Part shown: positions 12,232-24,234 of the stretch, in pieces
How positions within the stretch are numbered: the stretch's first letter is position 1
How the letters are laid out: each line of letters starts with the position of its first letter
NCBI GenBank assembly: GCA_030341885.1
Contig: CASHTH010000349.1
Location: 1 to 64,000, forward strand
DNA length: 64,000 nucleotides
Source: Geodia barretti
Lineage: Eukaryota
Reading direction: 5' to 3'
Position numbers and translations under genes: made by a program
Notes under the pieces: generated by a model
The model's database searches: none
What the model was told of the DNA's origin: nothing
The model's input: the letters and a program-made list of their open reading frames with translations, nothing else

Positions 12232-15200
12232 ATGGCTGGTGTGAGAGTTGAGAGTCAGCGTTCCTTGGAGAATACGCTGCTGTATACCACCAGCGCTTCG
12301 TCTTCAAGCCGCCAGACCAGTTTGAGCTCTGGAACAACCGATCACTTGCGGACACTAACGTCTAATCTGCGATCCTCGGCGCGGGAGGTGCGCGGTACCG
12401 CCCCGACCCGCTCGGTTTTCTCGTCCAACCTCACTCCACACACCTCGTCCTTGCTCCAGGGTAAAGGACGCGGTGGGGCAGGGACGCCCGGCCTCCTCAC
12501 CCAACAGAAACCCCTGTCGACCCTCGGTTCTAGAAGCAGTCTCGCGAGCAGCTCGCTCACACAGCAGAGATCGTCTCTCTCGACCCTCAGAACCACTTCC
12601 ACTGCAGCCTCTTCCAGTCTTCTTAGCTCCACTACTGCTGCAAGAAATCTCACAAAATCGGGCCTTCTATCGTCAAGTCTTTTGACTAGAAGTTCGGTAG
12701 AGAGCAAGCTGACATCAGCATCCCTTCTCACCTCAAAGAAACAGACTTCTCCTGGAGTCGCACGGAAACCAACACCGCCGCAGCTGGTGTCAGGAACAAA
12801 GACTTCTCTTTTCTTTTCAACCACAGCCTCTCCCCAGCTGAGGAAGTCTGGATCGCTTTTGTCTTCCTCGACTGGGAAGGTCTCACCGTCCAAACTCCTC
12901 TTGTCTTCCCAGCTCACCAGAACCTCTCTGTCAAAGAGCACCCTACACTCCAGTTCAGGAGGTCTTCTAAAGAAGGTGCAACCCACTGCTTCAAAACTTT
13001 CATCATCAACGTCAACGTCGAATGAGGAGAAGGAAAAACGTGTCGTAGTCGCAACAGCAGCGAGGCCTGTCACCGAGGAAACAGAGGGGGCCCCTGTGTA
13101 CAAATTCAAATCCGAGGAAGCGCTGGTTCACCAGAGAGAGAAATTCCTGCCCCCTGAAATCGATGCAAACGTTCAGGCCCCACTTGCACCTGTTGGGGAG
13201 ATAGTTCAACTGAAGACGACGGTGATAAATGCCGTGGCAACGTCACTTCTCTGCAGCCCGGACTTCAAGAGTCTGTCCGACCCAACTCGTCAGAACCTCA
13301 CGAAACTCGGCGAACAACTCTCCAATCGTGACCCGGAGTTCATCCTGAAAGTCGCTCTATACACGCGAAACGATCTCAACATTCGAACGACGGCAAATTT
13401 CCTCCTTGCGTTGGCCTCAAACTTACAAACCTGTCGACCTTACCTCCGCAAGTACTACTGCGCCAGCATCCGTCTCCCCTCCGACTGGATTGAGGTGGCT
13501 GAAGTGTACCAGACATTTCATGACAAGTCACTCAACTTTGGCGCACTCCCGACCGCACTTCGCAAGGTAATGGCCTCCAAGTTTGTTGAGTTTGACGTCT
13601 ACCAGTTGGGCAAGTACAACAAGGACAAGTCGAAGAAGAAGGAGAAGAAGGTCGAGAAGAAGAAGAAGGATAAAGGTGAAGAGGGAGGTGAAACGAAAGA
13701 CGATTCTGTCGGCCCTCCACAGAGATCCGATACCAGCACGACCGTTGAGAGCGAGCTGAGTGTAGCCGTTCCCAGCGACACAGAGACGGAGGAAGAAGTG
13801 GAACGACTCAGCTTCACACTGAAGCAGCTAATCCGGAAAATCCACATCTCGGAACCAGTTGAACCGGTCATGTGTCTCCTGGGAAAGAAGTACCCTGAAG
13901 ACCCCGAGACCTTCCGTAGAAGTCGCCTACCTGGGACCTGGGAAGAGGAGCGTGCGGGGAAGAGGATGAAGCTAGCGACCCCAGAAACGTGGGAGACAAC
14001 GGTCTCGCTGCACGGCAACAAGGCCGGTACGTGGGAACAGCTCATCGATCACAACAAGTTGCCGTTCATGGCGATGCTGCGGAATTTACGGAATCTCATA
14101 ATTGCCAATGTCTCACAGAGCCACCATCGGTGGGTGCTGGGAAAACTCAATGACGAGAGAGCCGTTGTCAACAGTCGGCAGTTTCCGTTTCGCTTCTTCT
14201 CCGCGTACGAAGTCATCGCTGAGCTGGAAAAGATTGCAGACGGTGAAATACCTCCGAAATACAAACCAAGAAAAGGGAAAAAAGCACCAAAACCTCCTCC
14301 AAAGGTAGACAGGGAGCTACTTAAGCGCTATCGCTCGGCACTCGACAATGCTCTCAAGATTGCCACCTCGTACAACGTGAAGCCCATCAGTGGATCCACA
14401 CTCATCCTGTGCAACGTTGGAAGCAACATGAACCGATCCTGCACGTCTGCACGAGGCCTCGGAAAACCACGCACGGTCCAAGAAGTGGGAATTCTCCTGG
14501 GGTTGATGTGCAAGTACTCGTGCGAACAGTGCACCATGATTGTGTATGGAGAGAGCAACCACGCTCAGGTGCAGCTGAAGGAAGGAACAATACTCCACAA
14601 CATGGAGCACGTGCAGCAAGTTTCAGTGGAGCAGAAACTCACAGAGAGCGAGGGAGTAATTCCTACAAAGATCCTGTACAACATGCTGGTGAGTCGATCG
14701 CCAGTTGACAACATTGTCTTACTGACGGATGCAATGAAACTGTACGATTCCCAAGGCCGCGAAATGATGGACTTCCTTCAGAAATACCGCCACATGGTGA
14801 ACCCTGACCTCCTGTTTGTGAGTGTCGACCTCAGTGGGAGATCGAGTGGGATATCTGGCACGATTCATCCAGAGCACAAGAATGACGTCTACCTCGCTGG
14901 GTACTCAGATCAGATCCTTCGTTTCATCGCAGAGAGGGGAGACAGTGGACAGTTGACGTACGTGGACAATATCGACAAGGCTTACAACCTAAAGGAGCTA
15001 CCGAGGTCGGCACTGTTGAGCCAAGAAGCCGCCTCCTCACGTACAGCCACCACGTCACTTTCTGCAGAGAAAGCTCTGCTGGCTTCGACGCAGCGACAGA
15101 AATGGAGAACGGTTCGTGTCTTCATCTCTTCCACCTTCAGGGACATGCACGGAGAGAGAGACCTGCTCACGAGGTTTGTGTTTCCCGAACTGCGAGCCCG

Positions 15201-18200
15201 TGCCCACTCCAGGCAAATCCAGTTGTACGAGATTGACCTGCGCTGGGGAGTAACGGAGGAAGACACACGGCATCACCGAGCACTCGAGATCTGCCTCAAC
15301 GAAATCTCTCGCTGCAACTATTTCCTCGGCCTCCTGGGGGAGAGGTACGGGTGGATCCTTAACGACGAAGTCATCGGAAAAGTATCGGATTTCGAGTGGT
15401 TGAAAGACGACTGCGTGGGGCACTCAATTACGGAAGTCGAGATGAAACACGCATGTCTGCGTGACCCTGACACTGCAAACGGGAAAGCATTCTTCTACTT
15501 CCGTGATCCGTCCGTGAGTCTCGCCATCCCCGAGAAACATCGGACTCATTTCGAAAGTGAATCTCAAGAAGCGAGGGAGAAAATCCAGCGGCTGAAGAGC
15601 GAGATACGAACCAGTGGCCTCGAGGTGTACGACGGGTACCACAGCAAGTGGCTGGGGGTCCTGGAGGACAAGCCTATGGTAGGGGGACTGGAGGATTTTG
15701 GACAAAGGGTCCTTCACAACATATGGAATGCCATCAAACGGGATTTTCCAGACGACGAAACCGGTTTGGACCCAGTTGCAGAGGCCACAGCTGCCCACAA
15801 TGCCTTTGCCGAGAATCATGCCGGCAGTTTCGTTGGTCGGAGGAGTCTGCTATCAAAAGCAGAGGAAATGGTGGAGCAAGAAGAGGGAGGGGTTTTGGTA
15901 ATGGAGGGGAAACCAGGATCTGGTAAATCAGCATTCATGGCGGCCCTGGCACAGCAGTGCAGCATCCGCCCATCGTTCGAGGTTCTCACTCACTTCCTCG
16001 GAGCAGCTCCGTCTTCAACCAACATTACTTCCATCCTCACTCGACTGTGCCACGAGATGAAGCGAAGATTCAACCTCGACAGAGACGTTCCTGAAGAATA
16101 CCCAGAGCTCGTGAACACTTGGACGGATTTCTTGGAAGACGGCAGATCTGCCGCTGGCGGTTCGAAACTGTTGCTGTTCATCGACGGACTGGATTTGCTG
16201 GAGGAGAAGCACAACGCGAGAGGGATGGACTGGCTACCGGGGAGACTTCCCACTGGTGTGGTGGTGGTTGTGAGCACAGTGGAGAAAGGAGAGATCTCGA
16301 CCAACTTGAAGAAGAGAAATCCACCTCCCACGTCGCTCACGGTTGGCAGAATGAACGAATGGGACAAGGCCGACATGGTGAGAGAGAAGCTGGCAAGACA
16401 TCGCAAGTCACTGGACGAATCTCCGTTCAACAACCAGATGAAACTCCTCCTCAGCAAGAAGGATGCAGCCAACCCTCTCTTTCTGCACCTGGCCTGCGAG
16501 GAACTCAGAGTGTTTGGCATCTTTGAGGAGGTTTCTTCGTTCCTAAAGTCTCTTCCTCCGACCCTCCCACACCTGCTGCAGGAGGTTCTCGGCAGAATCG
16601 AGGGAGAACTCGGACAAGATTTGGTGAGTCTCCCTCTCTCTCCTCTGTCTCGTCCGCAATGGCCTGAGGGAGTGTGAACTGTCGGGGTTGGCGTCGCTCT
16701 ACTTCATGTCCAAGACAACACAGTCCGAGGCGGATGCTTCCGTGCCAGCCATGACACTATCTCGTCTTCTTCGCTGCCTGCAGGGATTCCTGCAGCCTAC
16801 CAGTGAGAAACCTCTGATCTTCTCTCCCTGGCCCATAAAGACATAGAAACGGCAGTGAAGCTTCGCTACATGAAGGGAAGAGGAGAGAAGGAGAGGGAGT
16901 TTCATCGTCTTCTTGCGACGTATTTCAAGACAGAGTGCGACCCAACTGGTGAACAGACGTATGCCGGGAGCAACGTTCGGGCATTCAATGAACTTCCCCA
17001 TCACCTCATGTGCTCGGGACAATGGAAAGAATTGGAGGAAATCGTGTGTGACGTCAACTTTGTCGTCGCCAAATGTCAGTTGGGTTCAGCCCAGAATCTT
17101 CTGGAGGACTACACACCAAGTTTGGAAGGGGTCCCAGCTGGGAAAGTGAGGGAAATTGCAACGTATGTGAGCCAGCCGCGAGTGGAAATATTCAGATCGT
17201 TTGTCTCCCGAAATTTGCATGTTTTGACAGTCGCCCCGGCACTGGCTCTACAGCAGGCAATCAACGAATCGAGCTCATCTCTGATTGCCACGGAGGCAGA
17301 ACGAGTTCTCCTGGACAACCCCCAACCACTTGTGAGGTGGCTGAATCGCTCACCCGGTGAAAACCGATGTCATCTCACCATCCCGTCCAGCAGTGAAGTA
17401 ACGTGTGTGGCAGTTTCTGGGGACAGCAAGCAGTTTGCAGCTGGGTTCAGAAACTGTAGTGTGAGAGTCTTCAGCACTGCCACCGGCGCCGAGATTCAAT
17501 CTTTCGTCGGACATGCCGCGGAAATCACTTCCCTCTGCTTCGTCGGGTCACATGCTCTCTGCTCGGGGTCACATGACACGAATCTGAGCCTCTGGGACCT
17601 GAAGGGGGGATTCAGGATAGCGAGTCTGACTTCTCACTCTCGCAGTGTGAGGGGATGTGCGGCTGATGCTGCGGGGAAGGTGCTCGTCTCCGTCTCGTGG
17701 GACACAAATATCAGAGTGTGGGACGGGAGAACTGGGAAACAAACGTGTTTCCTCAACCAGAAAGGAGGAAGAAACTGCCCGCTCAACTGCGTCAGTTTCC
17801 ATCCCTCATCGAACCAGCTCATTGCCGTGGGGTCCTGGGACACTACCGTCAAGATATGGGATGTGTTCAGCAGAAAGAGGGTTAAAGTTTTGAAGGGGCA
17901 CCAGACGTCTGTGCAAGCCTGTGCGTACGCTCCAAGTGGTCGCCACATTGTGTCTGCTGCATTGGATGGAGAGGTGAAGGTCTGGTCTACTAAATCAGGG
18001 AGTGCTGTGGGGAGCATTGCTGGACACTTTGACCCAGTGAATGCCATCTCTTACACACCAAACGGACAGTACCTGCTCACCGCCTCAAGTGACCAACTGG
18101 TGAAGGTTTGGTCCGGGAGCCTCGGGCAGCGAGTGGCGAATGTGGGGAAATCGGAATATGGCTATGCCCACTGCGTGGTCCACAGTCGACAGAACCAGAC

Positions 18201-20274
18201 CGTACTGGTAGGCTACCATGACGGTCACGTCAGGAAATTCAACACACAGACTGAGGTTGAAGAATTTGCAGTCAGACTCCACGATAAGGCAGTCGTTGCA
18301 GTTGGAGCTCAGGGAAGATTCAGCATGTCGGCCAGTGCTGACGGAACCATCAAGATATGGGAAGGCCCTTCTTCCCTCCCAAGACACCTACTCCTGGAGG
18401 GACACAAGGCAGGGATAACATGTGCAGCGTGGACCAAATACGGACTCGCATCAGCTGCTGAAGATTTCTCTCTTTTCTTCTGGCCCCATGAACTGACCCA
18501 CTACACCCGAATGTGGAACCAGAACAAATCGTCCACAAAGCTGAGCGTCTACCCCCTAATATCATTGAAAGGGCATACATCCACTATATCTGCTCTCTCG
18601 TTCTCTGGTGATGGACTGAAGATGGCGTCGGCTAGTCGAGACCAGACTGTCATCATGTGGGACCTGATCACAATGAAGGAAGCTCGTACCATGCACGACT
18701 GCCACAAGGATTGGATAACCGCCATCTCATTCCCAGACGCTGGTTCCGATACTCTCATCACCGGTTCCAATGACTTTAACCTGAAGCTCTGGAACGTGAG
18801 CACAGGTGAAGAGAGGATAACTTTCCGCGGACACACGTCGGCCATCAACTCCGTCTCATTCTCACACGGCTACGTTGTGTCAGCTGCATTCGATGGTTCT
18901 GTGAAAGTCTGGACTAGAAAAGGAGTTGAAATAACGACGCTACACTGCCACCAACAGAGGGTGAATGCCTGTGTTTTGGACGTACCTCACACCACAGACA
19001 ACTCATCGTGGGCCGACATTGTGGAACAAGAGGAAGAAGCAAAGGATCAGAAGAGTAAGCTGGAGGATGTGCTCGTCGTAACCGCTAGCGACGATGGAAC
19101 AGTCGGAGTGTGGAAGCCGTTTGTACCGAATGAAGTCACTGCACTTGTTGGCCACTCTGATCGCGTCCTTGCAGTTTCGTCAACCTTCAACAACGAGATA
19201 ATTTCATCCTCTCGCGACAAGACCATCCGAATATGGTCTCCGAAACTCCCCGAGAAAATGGGCGGGGTCTCAGTAACAAGCTCCACCCACGCACACGTGG
19301 GCGAAGTTACATCTGTCACTGCATCTATGCCTTACATAGCCACTGGAGGTAGAGATGGACAAGTCCTTATATGGACTACCACGAGAATTGACGAAAACAA
19401 CAAAAGATGTCTGAATCTGAAGAAGTTGTACTGCATTAAATCGTCAGATGCAGCTGTCACTTCGCTGGCCTGCATCGGCGCAAACAACCGAGTTGTGAAA
19501 CTTGCAGTCGGAAGAGACGATGGGTCGATTGGCAAGTACGAATTCTCCGACACCACGTTTCCCGTGGAGACAGGGGTAATGGGTCCAGCTACTCTAATGG
19601 GTGCCCACCCTGTATCGGACCTGGCTGTAGCTCACGGAGGGAAATGCCTGGTGGCAGGCTCGTGGTCTAAAGTGGTGTCAGCTGTTAGAACGGAGGGAGG
19701 GACGGTGGCTGGTAAAATGGAGGAGCACAGTGGATGGGTGATGGGGGTGACAGTGGTGGAGGAAGGTGGGGAGTATTTTTCTCTCAGTATCGGTCTGAAC
19801 AGGCTCCTGTGCAAGTGGCCTTTGGGTCAAAGTCGCAGGAAGACGCCGTCATCCTCAGCTGTGCGGTATGGAATCCCCAGCGAGGGGAAGAATGATGCAT
19901 GGCTTCTGTGCATATGCCCGGTGAATTCCACGCACGTTGCTATTGGAGACAGCGGGGGGAGGGTGTGGTTTTGGAACCAAGTCACCAGAAAGGTGGACTT
20001 TTCTAAGAAGATCCACAGGTGTGCAATAAATGGAGTGGCAGCAGTTGGGGTTACGCTGGCAACGGGATCTGCTGATGGTTCTATCAAGATTTGGCGGGTC
20101 AGCAGCGGCCGCACTAAAGACATTGTTCAAGTCGGCCATTTCCATGCTCGGTCATCGGTGACGTCATTGAAAGCTTATGCCATGGGCAGAAAGGGGGAGG
20201 GGCAACCGATCATTCTGACTGCTGGCGATCAACTGGGAAACGTGATGCTACTGGAGTACAGTGCCACTGATTAA
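12232..20274 (+). CDS. TEP1: Telomerase-associated protein 1 / vault protein TEP1-like: S/T/L-rich N-terminal repeats, TROVE domain, DUF4062, NACHT P-loop, long WD40 array. Model: exon 12232-16623, intron 16624-16672 (49 nt, GTGAGT..AG), exon 16673-16802, intron 16803-16846 (44 nt, GTGAGA..AG), exon 16847-20274
   Basis: TROVE: DPEFILKVALYTRNDLNIRTTANFLLALAS...; DUF4062: VRVFISSTFRDMHGERDLLTRFVFPELRARAH...IDLRWGVTEED; NACHT Walker A: LVMEGKPGSGKSAFMAAL; WD repeats (SLWDLKGG, IRVWDGRTG, VKIWDV, VKVWS...). The two short introns restore frame 1 to 2 to 1 across stops at 16675 and 16844; spliced total ~2649 aa vs human 2627 aa. Alternative reading of these shifts as assembly indels not excluded. 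Confidence 0.88.
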
Positions 20275-20732
20275 CACTGAACTTGAAACTGAAACGTTAG
20301 CTACTACATAGATAATAGGACACGAGTAGTGAATTGTAGTATAGTATTATACCTGATAGACATGATTAGATCTTGCAGAATGTGAGTAGAAAATCCTTCG
20401 AAATCTTCCACAATTATTACGACTGGCGGACCTGGTGGTGCATCCTGTGAGCAGTGATGACGAGAGATGGAGTAGTAGTAGAAGAATAGGGTGTTTAGAG
20501 AGACCGTACCTGGTGGGTGCTCTGGTACCAGCTCAGGAGGAGGGAGAGAGAAGGGAGGGAGAGCTTTGGTCTGGATGCCCCGCCTCCCCCTTCATCAGTC
20601 TCCTTATCGGACAACTGTAATTGTGATAATGAACAGCATGCACAAAATAATGTACCGTATATATAGCACGTATTTGAGTCACTTTATCAAAATTCATCAT
20701 ACTAATACACAAAAATAAATTAAGGCTACTAA

Positions 20733-22949
20733 TCATTTTCCTACTATAGGTCGGTCCATTTCCTTCAGCTCCACACGATCCACCATGAAATCGAGAGCAT
20801 CTCCCACCAGATACTGCCCGCCTTGTATCTCCTTCAGAGTGATGAACTCCCGTAGACCCCACAGGTAGTTCTTGTCGCCCGTGACAACCCTCCCCGCATG
20901 CTTGTCGCGAGCGATGTGGTCGTAGCTAATCTGCCGCTCGTAGTACTTGTCCTTGTCTCGCTGGTTGATGAGACGGATGAAAATGTCGGCCCGGAGCGGC
21001 CAGGGGATGATGTCATCGTGCTGACCGCGAGTGATGCAACACCAGACGGAGACGTGGGTATCGGTGCCGGCCGCGTCAACCCTCACCACCATCCTGTAGC
21101 CGCGACGACTGGTGTAGAACGGCTCGCTCACAAACGAGTCTTTCTTCTCCCTCCTCTTGGTGAACCGAGAGACAGTGAATGAAAAGGGCGGGGTGGGTGT
21201 GGCTGCCTTCTCCACATATTCAACCTCAGCCATTACTTCCTCCACTCTTTCATTGAGTTCTTGTCTGATTTTCTCCATCTCGTCTTCCACTACCACGGCT
21301 TGCTCACCCACAATCGCATCGACTTTGGTTTTCAACTTTTCCGTGCCCTCAGCTAAACTAACCAACTTTTTCTCTACTTCTGCCTTACTCTCTCTAATCT
21401 CCTTTTCCTGTCTCTCGTGTGCAGTTCTGTGGGCATCATTTGAAACTTCCAGCTTCTCATCCAATTTCTGTTCAATAATAGCTATAAGCTTCTTCTCTTC
21501 CAAAGGATTTCGTTTCGGAATTGCTGCCTCTATCTTGGCTGTCAACTCGTCTTCTGTTTTCTGAACAACAACTGCTACACTGTTTTCCAGTTTTTCAAAG
21601 TCGTCTTTCGGTTGTTTCCGTTCAATCTGCTCCGTCAATGATTTCTCTAGCTCACCGATCGATTTCTCAAATCTTTCCCTCTCCTGCTTCTCCTTTTCCT
21701 CCATTGCCTCCCCCAATCTCTCCATTTCTCCCTTCATTTCCTCCAGACGAGCCACATGCTTTTCCTCAACCCCCGCCAACCTTTCTCCTAGTTCAGTTTT
21801 GATATCTTCAACTCTGCGGCAGCTCTCTGCCAACTCCTTCTCGAGTGATTCGATTCTCTCATCTTTCGCCTTTAGCTCCTCATCCTTTTCCTTTAGCTCC
21901 TCATCCTTTTCCTTTAGATCCTCATTCTTTGCCTTCAATTTCTCATTCTTTGCTGCTAGTTTTTCCTCCAGTTGTTCCTTGAATGCTGCAAATTCGCAGT
22001 GCATTGCCACAAACCGATCATTAGTGTCTTCGACAAAGTTTGTAAACTGAGCCATTCTTTCGCCAGCTTCTTCGCGGAGTCTCTGAATAATTTCATCTCT
22101 CTGCTGGAGTTGTTCCTGCATAGCAACGGTCGTTTTCTCCATCTCTTCCTTGGTGATCAGGGCTTCTTGTTTCGATCGAATTTCGACAATATTTCTTGCC
22201 AGGAGATGGGCGTGGTACAACTGAGTGGTGTTGACATGGTTTTGAAGCTCCTTTCGTGGTCGCTGTTTCGCCGCGCAGCCCAAGTCGAAGAACGGACACA
22301 TCACCGGCTGCAGTTTGCAGTCTCTGTCGCAATGAGACTTCACTTGGGACCGCCGCATCTCCCCCGCGTCGCAGTTATTCGGACAAGAGACGGGGAAATC
22401 CGGACATTCGCCCCAGTGTACGGTTGACAGCTCCCGGTAAGTCGTCTCAACGTCGTTACAGTACTGGCATACGACTATGCGGTGCGGACACTCGTTTTGT
22501 TGATGCCGATCGAGGTCCTGGCGAGGCAGACGGAGGTCGCAGCCCGCGTTCGGGCAGGGAACGAGCTCGAACTGGCAAAGAGGGGTAGGGCCGCGGGGGC
22601 CGGGGGACTCCCCGGCTGCGCCGTTCGGCGGGTGTAAGTGTCGGAGCAAATCACGCAGTTCTCCCTGCCATTCGCAGCCTCTGGCGTTGTTTGGGCAGCG
22701 AACCTTGGCCTGCGAGACAGCTCGCTGACGGCCCTTGTCCAGGAGACCCGTGAACTCCGTTGAGCAGAGGGGGCACAGTTTGTTGGCGAGTCTTTGAACA
22801 CACGACTCGCACAAGTGGTTCCCGCAGCAGCTGAGGAGGAAGGGATCGAGGAGGGTCAGCTTGCACACGGGACACTCCCAATCCTCGGGCGGCCCCACGA
22901 GAAACTCGGCGTCCAAAAGTCGCTCTCGCGAAGCCATTTTCACACACAA
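20733..22949 (-). CDS. TRAF: TNF receptor-associated factor (RING finger, TRAF-type zinc fingers, coiled coil, C-terminal MATH domain), single exon, 738 aa
   Basis: RING: CPVCKLTLLDPFLLSCCGNHLCESCVQRLANKLCPLC; Zn fingers CPNNARGCEWQG..., CPNAGCDLRL..., CQYCN...; MATH: FSFTVSRFTKRREKKDSFVSEPFYTSRRGYRMVVRVDAAGTDTHVSVWCCITRGQHDDIIPWPLRADIFIRLINQ...; uninterrupted ORF. Confidence 0.9.
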   Translation of the reverse strand: MCVKMASRERLLDAEFLVGPPEDWECPVCKLTLLDPFLLSCCGNHLCESCVQRLANKLCPLCSTEFTGLLDKGRQRAVSQAKVRCPNNARGCEWQGELRDLLRHLHPPNGAAGESPGPRGPTPLCQFELVPCPNAGCDLRLPRQDLDRHQQNECPHRIVVCQYCNDVETTYRELSTVHWGECPDFPVSCPNNCDAGEMRRSQVKSHCDRDCKLQPVMCPFFDLGCAAKQRPRKELQNHVNTTQLYHAHLLARNIVEIRSKQEALITKEEMEKTTVAMQEQLQQRDEIIQRLREEAGERMAQFTNFVEDTNDRFVAMHCEFAAFKEQLEEKLAAKNEKLKAKNEDLKEKDEELKEKDEELKAKDERIESLEKELAESCRRVEDIKTELGERLAGVEEKHVARLEEMKGEMERLGEAMEEKEKQERERFEKSIGELEKSLTEQIERKQPKDDFEKLENSVAVVVQKTEDELTAKIEAAIPKRNPLEEKKLIAIIEQKLDEKLEVSNDAHRTAHERQEKEIRESKAEVEKKLVSLAEGTEKLKTKVDAIVGEQAVVVEDEMEKIRQELNERVEEVMAEVEYVEKAATPTPPFSFTVSRFTKRREKKDSFVSEPFYTSRRGYRMVVRVDAAGTDTHVSVWCCITRGQHDDIIPWPLRADIFIRLINQRDKDKYYERQISYDHIARDKHAGRVVTGDKNYLWGLREFITLKEIQGGQYLVGDALDFMVDRVELKEMDRPIVGK
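21840..21965. repeat. In-frame tandem 21-nt repeats inside TRAF coiled coil (encode EELKEKDEELKEKDEELKAKD)
   Basis: ctcctcatccttttcctttag repeated; ctcattctttgc variants. Confidence 0.8.
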
Positions 22950-23060
22950 TAGAGTGGTGTGTTGGGGGCGGAGCTAGTGCAATTTGCGCATGCGCAAACA
23001 AACACGTCTTGACTTGTATATGTACGCATGCGTAGGAAGTTGCATTCTCTCACCTCCGTT
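22950..23060. promoter_or_regulatory. TRAF 5' flank with perfect palindrome TTGCGCATGCGCAA (NRF1/ewg-type site) at 22984-22997
   Basis: agtgcaatttgcgcatgcgcaaacaaacacg located ~35 bp upstream of TRAF ATG (minus strand). Confidence 0.5.
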
Positions 23061-23489
23061 TCCGCTGTTCGAGTTAGTTGCAAGAGTATTTCCTTCCATA
23101 CAGCCTTCATTCCTGCAAAAATTCAGTATTTGCTGCAGTTTCCACGAGTTGATAGCCTCACCTGTGCTGCAAGTCTCCGACTGCAGCTTAGCAACATGTG
23201 GAGTTACCGAGGCAACAATCTTAGATCTCAGTTGTCTAAAAAGCACGTCATGATCCGGCATATTGACACCTGAAACACAAAACAAAACAATAAAGTGACT
23301 TCAATATGGTGTGACCCCAATGAATGAAGCTCAGTGAAGTTCCTTCAAAGCTACATCTGCTCACTAGTTAGTCTACTCCGTATACCTGCTACCATTACTG
23401 CAGTAGGGATCTCAAGTCTTGGAGGAAGAGGAACCCTCTTCCCCTCCCCCTCGCCTCTCTCGTCATCATCTCCTGCAGGGGAGCTGCTC

Positions 23490-24046
23490 TTTGAGTGGAG
23501 CTGAAAGTCGACTCAACCGCTCAGAAGCTTCGCCCACAAACCTCACCAGAGACCTGAACAGCTCCTCGTGTTGGTTTTCAGTGATCTCCTGACAATAGAG
23601 TCAAATAATATCTAACTCGCAAAACTTTTTTCATACCTCAATGATGCGCCTAGTGGATGTCCAATTTTTGCGATAGATGTCTGCTCTTCTTGGAGCATCA
23701 CTATCTTTCTCTCCTGGCAGACTCTGAAATTTTCCTGCAGATGAAATTTATAGGTCAAGGTTCACTATAGCTAGCTAATGTTATTTCAACAAACTGCATC
23801 TCTGTAAGTAGTTGCAGCTGCTATGCCACCTGATAGGATTGAGGTCCGCTTGAATGAGTTAGCATTGAAAAGGAAGCATCCCTGCAGTTACATAGTTCGG
23901 AAGCCAACTATCAATTCAATTATACCGCCCAGCTGAGCTGCAGCTGCTACTACACGCCTACATAGCTACGCGGACTGCAGCCCTAGCTAGCTAGCTACGC
24001 GCGCTGTTCATACTTCTTTGCTACCTACCTGAGTAAGGGAGCTGGT
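23490..24046 (-). CDS. Small unassigned gene, ~3 exons: MEGTSSLTQ | SLPGEKDSDAPRRADIYRKNWTSTRRIIE | EITENQHEELFRSLVRFVGEASERLSRLSAPLKEQLPCRR
   Basis: ATG at ~24046 with donor CTCAG|GTAGGT; acceptor aaaatttcag|AGTCTGCC; donor ATTGAG|GTATGA; acceptor tattgtcag|GAGATCACT; stop TGA ~23490. Family not recognised. Confidence 0.3.
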
Positions 24047-24234
24047 TCCTTCCATGGCTCTAAAAGCGCGCGTCTTTTACACAGCCTCGTGGTGTAGATA
24101 GGAATGCTTGATTATTGCAAGACAGCTTATACATGAGATCAGCAGAGGATGTAAATTCAGTGTAGTTTGTGTGGAGCTGTGGAGATGTCAGAGTGATCAA
24201 ATATTGAACCCTGAAGGTGTTGATAAGGAGTACA

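Noticed and set aside
12342-13109. 255-aa ORF antisense to the TEP1 5' region
   Set aside because: Reverse complement of the S/T/L-rich low-complexity coding repeat. The composition-driven ORF has no domain-like sequence, and the sense strand carries the obvious TEP1 reading frame.
16624-16846. Treating the TEP1 ORF break as a genuine truncation (two separate genes: TROVE-NACHT protein and WD40 protein)
   Set aside because: Canonical short introns with strong donors restore a single frame. The intervening frame-2 segment is protein-like and collinear with TEP1. Indel error is the alternative, but a two-gene model is least likely.
21157-22427. Plus-strand ORFs antisense to TRAF (21157-21564, 21521-21802, 21972-22427)
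   Set aside because: Low-complexity S/F-rich translations of the complement of the E/K-rich coiled coil. TRAF on the minus strand is unambiguous.
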